A DNA stretch of 61,808 nucleotides. Origin: Acidimicrobiaceae bacterium. GTDB lineage: Bacteria; Actinomycetota; Acidimicrobiia; Acidimicrobiales; Bog-793. Location: positions 1-61,808 of the forward strand of contig DAHUXW010000065.1 of the NCBI GenBank assembly GCA_027306925.1, given 5' to 3'. Under the pieces are notes generated by a model. It was given only the letters and a program-made list of their open reading frames with translations. It searched no databases and was not told the origin of the DNA. The first letter of the stretch is position 1, and each line of letters starts with the position of its first letter. A program made the position numbers and the translations under genes. Positions 35,730-44,916 of the stretch are shown here, one piece after another.

Positions 35730-36189
35730 GCGCGACCTCGGCCCCCGAGCCGGCCCCGCTCGACGGCGCGCAGCACGCGTGCTCGTCGGCCGGTGCGCTC
35801 CTTCGTCCCGCCGCGGGCGCGTCGGAGTCGCCGAGGACCGTGTAGAACTCCCACGGCTCCCCGCCCGGGCCCTCGACCCACACCTTGTCCTGCAGCGCGT
35901 AGCAGCACGACGACTGCTCCTCGACGTCCGTCGCAAGGCCGCCCGCCGCGAGCCGGGTCGCGGCGTCGCGCACCTGCGCGCTCGAGTCGACCTCGACTCC
36001 GAGGTGGTTCAGCGAGCCGGGCGCCGCGTCCGCGTTCTCGATGAGCACGAGCTTGAGCGGCGGGTCGGCGACCGCGAAGTTCGCGTAGCCGGGGCGCACC
36101 TTCGCGGGCCCCACGCCGAACATCGTCGAGTAGAAGCGGACGGCGCGCTCGAGGTCGTCCACGTTGAGCGCGAGCTGGATCCGGGACAC
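35716..36189 (-). CDS. arsI: ArsI/CadI-family VOC (glyoxalase-fold) metalloenzyme
   Basis: (V)SRIQLALNVDDLERAVRFYSTMFG, LNHLGVEV, and the vicinal Cys pair in EEQSSCCYALQDKVWV typical of ArsI/CadI. Alternative start at 36210. Confidence 0.75.
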   Translation of the reverse strand: MSRIQLALNVDDLERAVRFYSTMFGVGPAKVRPGYANFAVADPPLKLVLIENADAAPGSLNHLGVEVDSSAQVRDAATRLAAGGLATDVEEQSSCCYALQDKVWVEGPGGEPWEFYTVLGDSDAPAAGRRSAPADEHACCAPSSGAGSGAEVARARG

Positions 36190-36200
36190 GTGCCCTCTCC

Positions 36201-36262
36201 TTGGTAACATTGACGTAGGTAGATACGTTGATCATGCTCGATACATCTAGATCTGTCAATGG
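36201..36262. promoter_or_regulatory. Divergent overlapping ars promoters and probable ArsR operator region
   Basis: Rightward promoter: TTGGTA-17nt-TACGTT (36201-36229). Leftward promoter: perfect TTGACA (reverse complement of 36254-36259), 17 nt, then CATGAT (reverse complement of 36231-36236). The region also contains imperfect inverted repeats ATTGACGTA-N6-TACGTTGAT and the palindrome ATCTAGAT. It is strongly AT-enriched. Confidence 0.45.
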
Positions 36263-36272
36263 GAGGGCGACG

Positions 36273-36626
36273 ATGGCGCACGCGCTCGGGCCGCTCGGCT
36301 CGGATCCGCCCGCGCACGGCTGCAGCGCCTCCGTGCTCGCTGCGCCGCTCGACGCCGGCGACGCGACGGGCCTCGCGCGGGCCTTCACGGCGCTCGCCGA
36401 CCCGGTCCGGCTCCGCGTGCTCTCGATCCTCGCGGCGTCGCCCGCCGGCGAGGTGTGCGTGTGCGACCTGGTCGCCCCGCTCGGCAAGTCCCAGCCGACG
36501 ATCTCGCACCATATGAAGGTTCTCGGTGACGCCGGCCTCGTGCACGGCGACCGGCGCGGGAAGTGGGTCTGGTACTCGCTCGACCGCGCCCGCCTCGCGG
36601 AGCTGCGGGCCGCGATCGACTCGTGA
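36273..36626 (+). CDS. arsR: ArsR/SmtB-family metalloregulator
   Basis: GGGAGGG Shine-Dalgarno 5 nt before ATG 36273. ALADPVRLRVLSIL, the metal-site CVCDL and the wHTH SQPTISHHMKVL. Confidence 0.85.
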   Translation: MAHALGPLGSDPPAHGCSASVLAAPLDAGDATGLARAFTALADPVRLRVLSILAASPAGEVCVCDLVAPLGKSQPTISHHMKVLGDAGLVHGDRRGKWVWYSLDRARLAELRAAIDS

Positions 36627-36654
36627 CGCCCTGCCGGGCGGCGTCCGTGCGACG

Positions 36655-37878
36655 GTGCGGGCCGCGGCGACTGCGCCGCCGGCGGGCGTGACCGGTCCGA
36701 CGGCCGGCGCCGCGACCTCCGGGCGGCGCGCCGTGCCGCTCACCACGATCGCGCTGCAGTGGGGACGGATCGGCTGCACCGGCTTCGGAGGTCCGCCCGC
36801 CCACGTCGCCCTCCTGCGCAAGCTCTGCGTGACCGAGCGCGGGTGGATGGACGCACGCGACTTCGAGGACGGGATCGCCGCGACGAACCTGCTCCCGGGA
36901 CCCGCCTCGACCCAGCTCGCGATCTACTGCGCGTGGCGCCTCGCCGGCGTCGCCGGCGCGGTCGTCGGCGGGCTGTGCTTCATCGTCCCTGGCCTCGTCG
37001 TGATCATCACGCTCGCCGCGCTCTATCTCCGAGCCCACCCGCCCCTGTGGGTCCTCGGCGCAGCGGCGGGCGCGGGGGCCGCGGTCCCCGCGGTGGCGCT
37101 CCAGGCTGCCGCGGGGCTCCTGCCGGCGAGCCGGCGCCGGTCCGGCGCGACGCGCGCGGGACGCGCGCGGTGGGCGGTGTACGCCGCCGGCGGCGCCGCG
37201 GCCGCAGCGACGCTCGGCCCGTGGCTCGTGCTCGTGCTCGTGCTCGCGGGGCTCGCCGAGATCGCGTCGAGCTCGCTCCCCCACCGCGACGCCGATCGCG
37301 GCGCCCTCGGCGCCCTCGCGCTCGCCGGGGTCCCGGCGGTAGCGGGCGGCCTGGCCGCGGTCGCGTGGGTCGCGGTCAAGGTCGGCCTGCTCTCCTACGG
37401 CGGCGGGTTCGTCATCGTCCCGCTCATGCAGCACGACGCGGTGCAGACCTACCGCTGGATGACCGGCGCGCAGTTCCTCGGCGCCGTCGCGCTCGGCCAG
37501 CTCACCCCCGGCCCGGTCGTGCAGACCGTGGCGGTCGTCGGATTCGCCGCGGGCGGGCTCGGTGCGGGGCTGCTCGCCGCGCTGTGCGCGTTCGCACCGT
37601 CGTTCGCGTTGGTCCTCGCGGGCGGTCCCCGCTTCGACGCGCTGCGGGCGGACGCGCGGGTGCAGGCGTTCCTCACGGGTGCAGGCGCCGCGGCGATCGG
37701 CGCGATCGGCGGCTCGGCGATCCCGCTCGGTCTCGCGCTCGCGCACCTCTGGCAGCTCGGCATCCTTGCGCTCGGCGCGCTGTGGCTTCTCTGGTTACGC
37801 CGCGGCGCCGTCCCGGCGCTCGTCGGTGCGGGCGCGCTGGGCCTCGGCGCAGGCCTGCTCGGCGCTCCCGTCCGCTGA
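36655..37878 (+). CDS. chrA: Chromate efflux transporter ChrA
   Basis: Duplicated CHR domains: CTGFGGPPAHVALL...NLLPGPASTQLA and LLSYGGGFVIVPLM...GQLTPGPVV. The start is uncertain (GTG 36655, 36688 or 36733). Confidence 0.8.
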   Translation: MRAAATAPPAGVTGPTAGAATSGRRAVPLTTIALQWGRIGCTGFGGPPAHVALLRKLCVTERGWMDARDFEDGIAATNLLPGPASTQLAIYCAWRLAGVAGAVVGGLCFIVPGLVVIITLAALYLRAHPPLWVLGAAAGAGAAVPAVALQAAAGLLPASRRRSGATRAGRARWAVYAAGGAAAAATLGPWLVLVLVLAGLAEIASSSLPHRDADRGALGALALAGVPAVAGGLAAVAWVAVKVGLLSYGGGFVIVPLMQHDAVQTYRWMTGAQFLGAVALGQLTPGPVVQTVAVVGFAAGGLGAGLLAALCAFAPSFALVLAGGPRFDALRADARVQAFLTGAGAAAIGAIGGSAIPLGLALAHLWQLGILALGALWLLWLRRGAVPALVGAGALGLGAGLLGAPVR

Positions 37879-37918
37879 GGACGTCGCGCGCCGCCGGAGC
37901 CGGCCGGATGTCCGACCG

Positions 37919-38923
37919 CTAGCCGCCGATCATCGACATCGAGCGCGACGGGCGCAGGAAGTCGGGCTCGTCCATGCCGTGGCCCGCCCGCTTCGCCCAC
38001 ACCGCTCGGCGGAGCATGCGGGCGATCTCCTCGTCGCTACCGCCGTCGCGGAGCAGGTCGCGCACGCTCAGCTCGTCGTCGCTGAACAGGCAGTTGCGGA
38101 TCGACCCCTCGGCCGTGAGGCGCAACCGGTTGCACGTGCCGCAGAAGGGCCGGCTCACGCTCGCCACGACCCCGATCTCGCCCGCGCCGTCGCTGAAGCG
38201 GTAGCGGGTCGCGGGCGCGGGGTCGGGGTCGGCCGACCCCTCCCGCACGGGCTCGAGCGGCCAGTGCTCGGCGATCCGGTCGAGCACCTGCGCGGCGGTC
38301 ACGACCTGCTCGCGACGCCAGCTCGCCTGCGCGTCGAGGGGCATGTACTCGATGAAACGGACGATCCGACCCGTCGCGCGTGCGAACTCGGCGAAGTCGA
38401 CGATCTCGTCGTCGTTCACGCCCGCGACGAGCACGACGTTGACCTTGAGCGGGGTGAGCCCGGCCTCCTCGGCCGCGGCCATCGACTCCAGCACGCGGGG
38501 GAGCTCGCCCCGGCGCCGGATGAGCGCGAAGCGCTCCGGCCGGAGGGAGTCGCAGCTCACGTTCACCCGGCTGAGCCCGGCTGCCGCGAGGTCGCGGGCG
38601 AAGCGGCCGAGCGACGTGCCGTTTGTCGTGAGCGCGAGGTCGTCGAACCCGATCCGGGAGAGCGTCGCGACGAGGTCGACGACCCCCCGCCTGACGAGCG
38701 GCTCGCCGCCGGTGATGCGCACGGAGGTCACCCCGAGCGCGCGCGCGACGGTCGCGAAACGCGCGATCTGCTCGAAGCTCAGCAGCTCGTCGTTCGGGAG
38801 GAACGTCATCCCCTCCTCGGGCATGCAGTAGACACAGCGGAGATTGCACCGGTCCGTGATCGAGATCCGCAGGTCCGAGTGCACGCGACCGAAGCCGTCC
38901 ACGAGCGGGCCCTCGAGCGGCAT
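37919..38923 (-). CDS. moaA: GTP 3',8-cyclase MoaA (radical SAM)
   Basis: DLRISITDRCNLRCVYCMP (CX3CX2C), ITGGEPL, and the C-terminal cluster CGTCNRLRLTAEG. An alternative in-frame GTG at 39085 would add a 54-aa repeat-encoded extension. Confidence 0.85.
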   Translation of the reverse strand: MPLEGPLVDGFGRVHSDLRISITDRCNLRCVYCMPEEGMTFLPNDELLSFEQIARFATVARALGVTSVRITGGEPLVRRGVVDLVATLSRIGFDDLALTTNGTSLGRFARDLAAAGLSRVNVSCDSLRPERFALIRRRGELPRVLESMAAAEEAGLTPLKVNVVLVAGVNDDEIVDFAEFARATGRIVRFIEYMPLDAQASWRREQVVTAAQVLDRIAEHWPLEPVREGSADPDPAPATRYRFSDGAGEIGVVASVSRPFCGTCNRLRLTAEGSIRNCLFSDDELSVRDLLRDGGSDEEIARMLRRAVWAKRAGHGMDEPDFLRPSRSMSMIGG

Positions 38924-38983
38924 CGGCGATCCGGCGACCCGGGCGGGTGCAGGATCGCGCCGCGACGCGCCCCGCCTGGCACC

Positions 38984-39058
<75 letters not shown>

Positions 39059-39081
39059 GAGCTTTCCGGCCGGGACCGCGG

Positions 39082-40362
39082 TCACGGGCGCGGACCCGGC
39101 GCGGTCGCCGCCACCGCGCTCCCGAGCGACCCCGCGTCGAGGAGCATCGCGTCGACGCGTCCGCCGGCCGCGACCCCGTCGCCGTCCGGGAGCACCGCCA
39201 GGGCGTTGGCGCGTGCCATCGCATGAAGCTGGTGGGACTCCTGGCCGCCTGCGGAGCGGACGTGCACGAGCCCGTCGCCGCCGAGGCGCGCCTCCACGCG
39301 CACGAGGTGGACCTTTCCGTCGCGCCGCCGGGCGAACGGCTCGTCGGCCACGGCGAGCGCGACCGGGCGGTCGAGGTCGCGATGACCGGCCATCGACCGC
39401 AGCGCGGGCCGTGCGAACAGCTCGAACGAGACGAGCGCCGACACCGGGTTGCCGGGCAGTCCGAACACCGGCGTCTGCTGGTCGCCGATCGCGCCGAAGG
39501 CGAAGGGCTTCGCCGGCTTCACCGCGACCTGCATCCACTGCATCGACCCGCCGGAGATCTCGCCGAGGACCGCCTTCACGACGTCGCGGTCGCCGACACT
39601 GACGCCGCCCGAGGTGACGACCGCGTCGCACCGTCGCGCAGCGTCGCGCAGCGCGTTGGCGACGACGTGCTCGTCGTCGCCGACCACCCCGAGGTCCACG
39701 CCTACGAAGCCGCTCTGCTCGACGAGCGCGAGCAACGCGGTGCGATTGGACTCGTGGATCTGGCCGGGTCCGAGCGCGCCCGGCGCCTCGACGAGCTCGT
39801 CGCCCGTCGACAGGACGCCGACGACCGGCCTGCGGTGGACGAGCACGTCCGCGTCGCCGAGCCCCGCGAGCACGCCGAGCGCGCCCGCGTTCAGCACGGT
39901 GCCCGCAGCGAAGACCTCGTCGCCGGCCGCGACGTCACCGCCTGCACGGCGGACGTGGTCGCCCGCGGCGAGCGTGTGGCCGATCGTCACGGTCGCACCG
40001 TCGGGCGACACCTCGACGCGCTCGACCATGCACACGGCGTCCGCGCCCGGCGGCACGGGCGCGCCCGTCATGATGCGCATCGCGTCGCCCGGACCCACGG
40101 GGACCTCGGTGTGCGAACCTGCCAGGAGAAGCCCGACGACGCGCAGCCGCGCGGGCGGCGCGGCCGTGTCCGCGGCGCGGAGCGCGTAGCCGTCCATCGC
40201 GGAGTTCGTGAACGGGGGGACGGGCGAGCGCGCGACGATACGCTCGGCGGTGACGAGCCCGAGGGCCGCGGCGAGCGGCACGCGCTCGGCCGGCAGCGGT
40301 GCCACGCCGGCGAGCACGCGGGCGCGGGCCTCCGGGACGGGGACGAGGCCGCTCACGACCAC
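39082..40362 (-). CDS. moeA: Molybdopterin molybdotransferase MoeA
   Basis: PPFTNSAMDGYALRA, IMTGAPVP, VLSTGDEL, TSGGVSVGDRD and GLPGNPVSALV. Confidence 0.85.
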   Translation of the reverse strand: MVVSGLVPVPEARARVLAGVAPLPAERVPLAAALGLVTAERIVARSPVPPFTNSAMDGYALRAADTAAPPARLRVVGLLLAGSHTEVPVGPGDAMRIMTGAPVPPGADAVCMVERVEVSPDGATVTIGHTLAAGDHVRRAGGDVAAGDEVFAAGTVLNAGALGVLAGLGDADVLVHRRPVVGVLSTGDELVEAPGALGPGQIHESNRTALLALVEQSGFVGVDLGVVGDDEHVVANALRDAARRCDAVVTSGGVSVGDRDVVKAVLGEISGGSMQWMQVAVKPAKPFAFGAIGDQQTPVFGLPGNPVSALVSFELFARPALRSMAGHRDLDRPVALAVADEPFARRRDGKVHLVRVEARLGGDGLVHVRSAGGQESHQLHAMARANALAVLPDGDGVAAGGRVDAMLLDAGSLGSAVAATAPGPRP

Positions 40363-40515
40363 GGCTCCCGTCCACGCGACTCCGTGGGCGTGCCGCTGCC
40401 GGCGGTCGCGCGAGGCACGTTCGGCATGGTAGTGCCCGCGGCCCGGCGCCGATTCGCGGCGCGCGCGGCGCGCGCGGCGAACGCCCTCATCGGCCGCGTT
40501 TCGCTTCCCGCCGGC

Positions 40516-40980
40516 TCAGCCCGCAGGCGAGGTGCCCGCGCGGGCTCGGGCGTAGGCGTCGAGTCGCTCGAGCTCGTCGGCGTAGATCGCGCGCATGGCC
40601 TTCGGCGCGAACGTCCGCTCGAAGAATCCGCCGATCCCGCCCGCGCCCTGCCACCGGGTCTCGACGCGGACGTGCGCACCGTCCCCGCGCGCGTCGACCG
40701 TGAAGCTCGTGACGAGGCTCGACCGGGCATCGGTCTCCACGAGCACCCGCCCGGGCTCGGGCTCGCTCACGTGCATCTCGTACTCACGGGTCCTGCCGCC
40801 CGCGGTCACGCTGAAGCGGACGACGGTGCCCGCGCCGACCCCGCCCGACTCGACCGCGAAGTCGCCGAACGCGGGCGGGAGGAAGCGGTGGTGGTGCTCG
40901 GCCATGTCGGCGATGCACTCGTAGACGGTCGCCGGCGGTGCGGCGACCGTGCGCTCGGACGTGACGCGGACCGTGCCCAT
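40516..40980 (-). CDS. SRPBCC-family (polyketide cyclase/dehydrase-like) protein
   Basis: 154 aa. SERTVAAPPATVYECIADMAEHHHRFLP and the overall pattern are typical of the SRPBCC/START fold. Confidence 0.65.
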   Translation of the reverse strand: MGTVRVTSERTVAAPPATVYECIADMAEHHHRFLPPAFGDFAVESGGVGAGTVVRFSVTAGGRTREYEMHVSEPEPGRVLVETDARSSLVTSFTVDARGDGAHVRVETRWQGAGGIGGFFERTFAPKAMRAIYADELERLDAYARARAGTSPAG

Positions 40981-41242
40981 GCGGCTCCTCCCCGGGCCCG
41001 CCTCTCGGGCCCGGGGAGGAGCCTAGGCACGCACGCTCCCGCCGCATCCCCGGGAGGGCGGGTCGTTCGGGTAGAAAGGGGCGGGCGTGAGTCGGGACCT
41101 GGCGGGCGTGGCGGCGCGGGCGAGGCGCAGTCGGCCGCGTCCCCGGCGCCCGCGTCGCGCCGACCGTCGAGTGAAGGGGCACCGTGACGACGCGCACCTG
41201 GACGATCTGGGAAGTCGTGCCGGCGGCGGCCGGGGAACGGCC

Positions 41243-41899
41243 GTGAGCCCGTCCGAGTACCCGTACCCGGACGACGTGCGCGCGGAGATGCTGGACCTCG
41301 TGCCGCGGGGGATCGGACGCCTGCTCGACGTCGGCTGCGGGTGGGGCGGCTTCGGCCACGCCGTGAAGGAGCGCGACCCGGGCGTGGAGGTGTGGGGCGT
41401 CGAGACGTCCGCGACCGCCTGCGAGTCGGCACGCGGCCGCGTCGACCGGGTCGTGCACGGCGCCTTCCCGGACGCGCTCGGCCCCGACACGCCGCGGTTC
41501 GACTGCGTCGTGTTCAACGACGTGCTCGAGCACCTCGTCGAGCCCGGAGACGCGCTCGCCCGCACACGCCCGCTTCTCGAGCCCGGTGGCGTCGTCGTCG
41601 CGTCGATACCGAACGTGCGCGACCTCCGGGTCGTCTTCCCGCTCGTGGTGTTCGGCCGCTGGCAGTACACCGACGTCGGCCTGCTCGACCGGACCCACCT
41701 CCGCTTCTTCACGCGTTCGTCGATCGTCGAGCTGTTCTCGACGTCGGGTTACACGACCGAGCGAGTCGACGCGATCAACCTCGGGCTCTCCGAGCGCTTC
41801 CCGCGGGCGTCGCGCGCCGCCGAGCAGCTGCTCGGGCCCGGGTTGAACGCGTTCCGGACCCCGCAGTACGCGATCGTCGCCCGGCCCACGCCCGCCTGA
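41243..41899 (+). CDS. Class I SAM-dependent methyltransferase
   Basis: Motif I LLDVGCGWGGFG and post-I VWGVETS, followed by CVVFNDVLEHL. GTG start at 41243 within the longer listed ORF. Confidence 0.75.
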   Translation: MSPSEYPYPDDVRAEMLDLVPRGIGRLLDVGCGWGGFGHAVKERDPGVEVWGVETSATACESARGRVDRVVHGAFPDALGPDTPRFDCVVFNDVLEHLVEPGDALARTRPLLEPGGVVVASIPNVRDLRVVFPLVVFGRWQYTDVGLLDRTHLRFFTRSSIVELFSTSGYTTERVDAINLGLSERFPRASRAAEQLLGPGLNAFRTPQYAIVARPTPA

Positions 41900-42000
41900 C
41901 TCCCTCGGGAACCGGGCCAGCGGCCATCCGAGCTCGGCCCGCTCCCGCACGCCGGCGGCTCCCGCCAGGCCGCGGCGCATCGCCTCGCTACCCTCGTCCC

Positions 42001-44874
42001 ATGCCGCGTGATCCCCTCCTCGCCGCGACCGGCCGCAGCGCAGTCGTCTCGCCGAACGGGCGCGCTCCGCAGGGCTTCGAGGAGTGCGAGCGCGTCCGGG
42101 TGACCGGGATCGACCCCGGCGTCGCGGACGTGCTCGGCGCCGCGTGGCGCGATCGCCGCGCGCTCGTCGTCGAGCTCGCCCCGGGGATCGGCCTCGACGA
42201 TCCCGCTCGGCCGCCTGCCGAGGCCGTCACCGGGCGCGAGCCGTGGGAGTGGCCGGTGACGCTCGACCTCGTCGGGGAGCGCCTGCACCACGGCGTATGG
42301 GCGAACGCGCTCGACGCGCGGGCCGGCGACGGCGCGGCGCGATGGCGATGGGGGGACGAGGCGTGCGCGCTCGGAGCCTCCCCGGCGACGGCCCCCGGCG
42401 CGGACGTCCGGCTCCCCGACGGCACGCCCGCGCTGTGCGACGGAGGACCGCTCGACGCGACGCTCGGACCGGCGCTCGGCGTCTCCGTCGTGCACCGGAT
42501 CGCGCTCGAGCACGGATCGCTGCGCCCGCTCGGCCCGCCCGGCGCGAGCGACGCGGGCCTCGCGCCCGACCAGCTCGACGCCGTCGCCGAGCCGCGCGCG
42601 GGCGCCCGGGTGATCGCGCCCGCCGGCTCGGGCAAGACGCGGGTGCTCACCGAGCGCGCCCGCGCGCTGCTCGGACGATGGGGCCTGCCGCACGCCGCGG
42701 TCGCCCTCGTCGCGTTCAACGTCCGGGCCGCCGATGAGATGCGCGAGCGGCTCGTGGACGTCGCCGGCGCGCGGGTCCGGACCTTGAACTCGCTCGGGCT
42801 GCGGCTCTGCGGCGACCGGTCGACGATCGACGAGACCGAGGTCCGCAGGATCCTCGGTGGCCTCGTGAGCTTCCCGCGGCGTGCGGAGGCCGACCCCGCG
42901 AGCCCGTGGCTCGACGCGCTGTCGCGCGTGCGCCTCGGCCTCGCCCCGCCCGGCCAGGTCGAGGCCGAGATCGCGGACGTGTCCGACCTCGACCACGTGG
43001 CCCGCGCGTACCGAGCCGAGCTCGCGGACCGCGGGGTCGTCGACTTCGACGAGCAGATCACCGGCGCGATCGGACGGCTTCTCGGCGACCCCGCGTACCG
43101 CCAGCGCAGCCAGCGGTTCGCCCGCGTGCTGCTCGTCGACGAGTTCCAGGACCTCACGCCGGCGCACCTGCTGCTGTTGCGCCTGCTGTCCGGACCCGCG
43201 GGCGCGGTGTTCGCCGTCGGCGACGACGACCAGACCATCTACGGCTACTCGGGAGCGACGCCGCGCTGGCTCGTCGACTTCGCGCGCTGGTTCCCCGGCT
43301 CGGGCGAGCACGCCCTCACGACCAACTACCGGTGCCCGGCCCCGGTCGTCGCGGCCGCGGCGAACGTGCTCTCGCGAAACGCGCTGCGCGTCCCCAAGGA
43401 GATCCGCGCCGCCGCGAGCGATGCGCCCCGCGCGCCGGACCCGGACGCCGCCGCGCAGCTCACCGTGCTCGACGCGACCGACGCCCCCGCGGCGCGCACC
43501 GCCGAGCGGGTCGCCGAGCTGCTCGCTCGTGGCGCCGCACCCGGCGACGTCGCGGTCCTCGCCCGGGTGAACTCCGCGCTCGCCCCGGTCCAGGTGCTCC
43601 TCCGCCACCACGGCGCTCCGGTCGACGGGGGCGTCGACGACCGCTTCCTCCGGCGAGGCGGGGTGCGCGCCGCGCTCGCGTGGCTCGCGATCGCGACCGC
43701 CCCGAGCGCGGCGCTCCCGGGCGCGCTGCTCCGCGACGCCGCACGCCGGCCGAAGCGGGGCATGAGCGCGTCGCTGCTCGACCTCGTCGCGAAACAGCGC
43801 TCGGTCGAGCGGGTCGCCGACCTCGCGGGCTGGCTCGACGCGAAGTCGAGCGGCCGCGAGGCCGCGAAGGTCCGCGATCTCGCCGGCGACGTCGCTGCGG
43901 TGCGCGCCGCAGCCGAGCGGGGCACGACGCGCGCGGTCCTCGAGACCGTGCGCTACCGGATCGGAGACGGCGGGCTCGAGGCGAGCGCGACCGCGCTCGA
44001 CTCCTGGAGCCACGGCGCGGTCGCCGCGCACGGGGACGACCTCGACGCGCTCGTCGAGCTCGCGGCGCTCGAGCCCGATCCCGAGCGCTTCGGACCGTGG
44101 CTCGCGACGCAGCTCGCGGCGCCGGCCGACCGCGGCGGGGTGCTGCTCGCCTCCATCCACGCGGTGAAGGGTCGTGAGTGGCCGCACGTCGTGCTCCACC
44201 ACGCCTCCGCCGCGCTCCTCCCGCACCGGCTCGCCGACGACGTCGAGGAGGAGCGCCGCGTCTTCCACGTCGGGATCACGCGCTGCCGCACGAGCCTCAC
44301 GGTCGTGCCCGGCACGCCGCCGTCGCCGTTCCTCGAGGAGATGGCGAGCCCGGGGTCCCCCCGGTCGGCCGGCGCGCGCCGGGCCGCGTCCCCGTCGCGC
44401 GCGGCCGCGCCCGGTCCGGCGGCGGCCGGGGCGCGGCGCTCGCGCGGGGAGGACGCACGCCCCCCGGACGAGCCGCTCGCCGCGGCCACGGGCGCGCGCT
44501 TCTCGCTCGGAGGCCACGAGCACGAGGTCGTCGACGTGACGGGACCGGGTGTCCGCTCGGTCGTCGGCGGCGGGCCGGCGACCACGACGACCGCGCTCGG
44601 GACGGTCGTCGTGGTCTCGGGCGCCCGGCGCGTCCTCGCGCACCCGCGCCACGCCGAGGCGTTCGAGCGGCTGCGGGCGTGGCGCACCGAGCGGTCGCGG
44701 TCGGTCGGGAAGCCCGCGTACATCGTGTTCGACGACCGTACGCTCCTGCTCGTCGCGATCTCGCTGCCGACCACCGCCGCGGGGTTGCTCTCGGTCAGCG
44801 GGATCGGCCAGGTCAAGCTCGACGCGTACGGCGACGAGCTGATCGCGATCGCCGAGGAGCTGCGCGACCCGTAG
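42001..44874 (+). CDS. UvrD/Rep-family SF1 helicase with unassigned N-terminal region and C-terminal HRDC domain
   Basis: Walker A IAPAGSGKT, LLVDEFQDLTP, YRCP and SIHAVKGREWPHV. HRDC-like C-terminus: FERLRAWRTERSRSVGKPAYIVFDDRTLLLVA...VSGIGQVKLDAYGDEL. ATG 42001. Confidence 0.8.
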   Translation: MPRDPLLAATGRSAVVSPNGRAPQGFEECERVRVTGIDPGVADVLGAAWRDRRALVVELAPGIGLDDPARPPAEAVTGREPWEWPVTLDLVGERLHHGVWANALDARAGDGAARWRWGDEACALGASPATAPGADVRLPDGTPALCDGGPLDATLGPALGVSVVHRIALEHGSLRPLGPPGASDAGLAPDQLDAVAEPRAGARVIAPAGSGKTRVLTERARALLGRWGLPHAAVALVAFNVRAADEMRERLVDVAGARVRTLNSLGLRLCGDRSTIDETEVRRILGGLVSFPRRAEADPASPWLDALSRVRLGLAPPGQVEAEIADVSDLDHVARAYRAELADRGVVDFDEQITGAIGRLLGDPAYRQRSQRFARVLLVDEFQDLTPAHLLLLRLLSGPAGAVFAVGDDDQTIYGYSGATPRWLVDFARWFPGSGEHALTTNYRCPAPVVAAAANVLSRNALRVPKEIRAAASDAPRAPDPDAAAQLTVLDATDAPAARTAERVAELLARGAAPGDVAVLARVNSALAPVQVLLRHHGAPVDGGVDDRFLRRGGVRAALAWLAIATAPSAALPGALLRDAARRPKRGMSASLLDLVAKQRSVERVADLAGWLDAKSSGREAAKVRDLAGDVAAVRAAAERGTTRAVLETVRYRIGDGGLEASATALDSWSHGAVAAHGDDLDALVELAALEPDPERFGPWLATQLAAPADRGGVLLASIHAVKGREWPHVVLHHASAALLPHRLADDVEEERRVFHVGITRCRTSLTVVPGTPPSPFLEEMASPGSPRSAGARRAASPSRAAAPGPAAAGARRSRGEDARPPDEPLAAATGARFSLGGHEHEVVDVTGPGVRSVVGGGPATTTTALGTVVVVSGARRVLAHPRHAEAFERLRAWRTERSRSVGKPAYIVFDDRTLLLVAISLPTTAAGLLSVSGIGQVKLDAYGDELIAIAEELRDP

Positions 44875-44916
44875 CGCGCGCTCGCCGGCCCCCCTGCCCG
44901 CAGCTAGCGTCGGCTC

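Noticed and set aside
33024-37878. tRNA-Arg-integrated genomic island carrying the ars/chr genes
   Set aside because: There is no integrase, no recognisable repeat of the tRNA 3' end downstream, and the gene composition looks native. Proximity alone is insufficient.
40363-40515. Moco riboswitch upstream of moeA
   Set aside because: I looked on the minus strand for the conserved CUCCGAGCC and AAAGGA elements. They are not present; only generic GC hairpins are.
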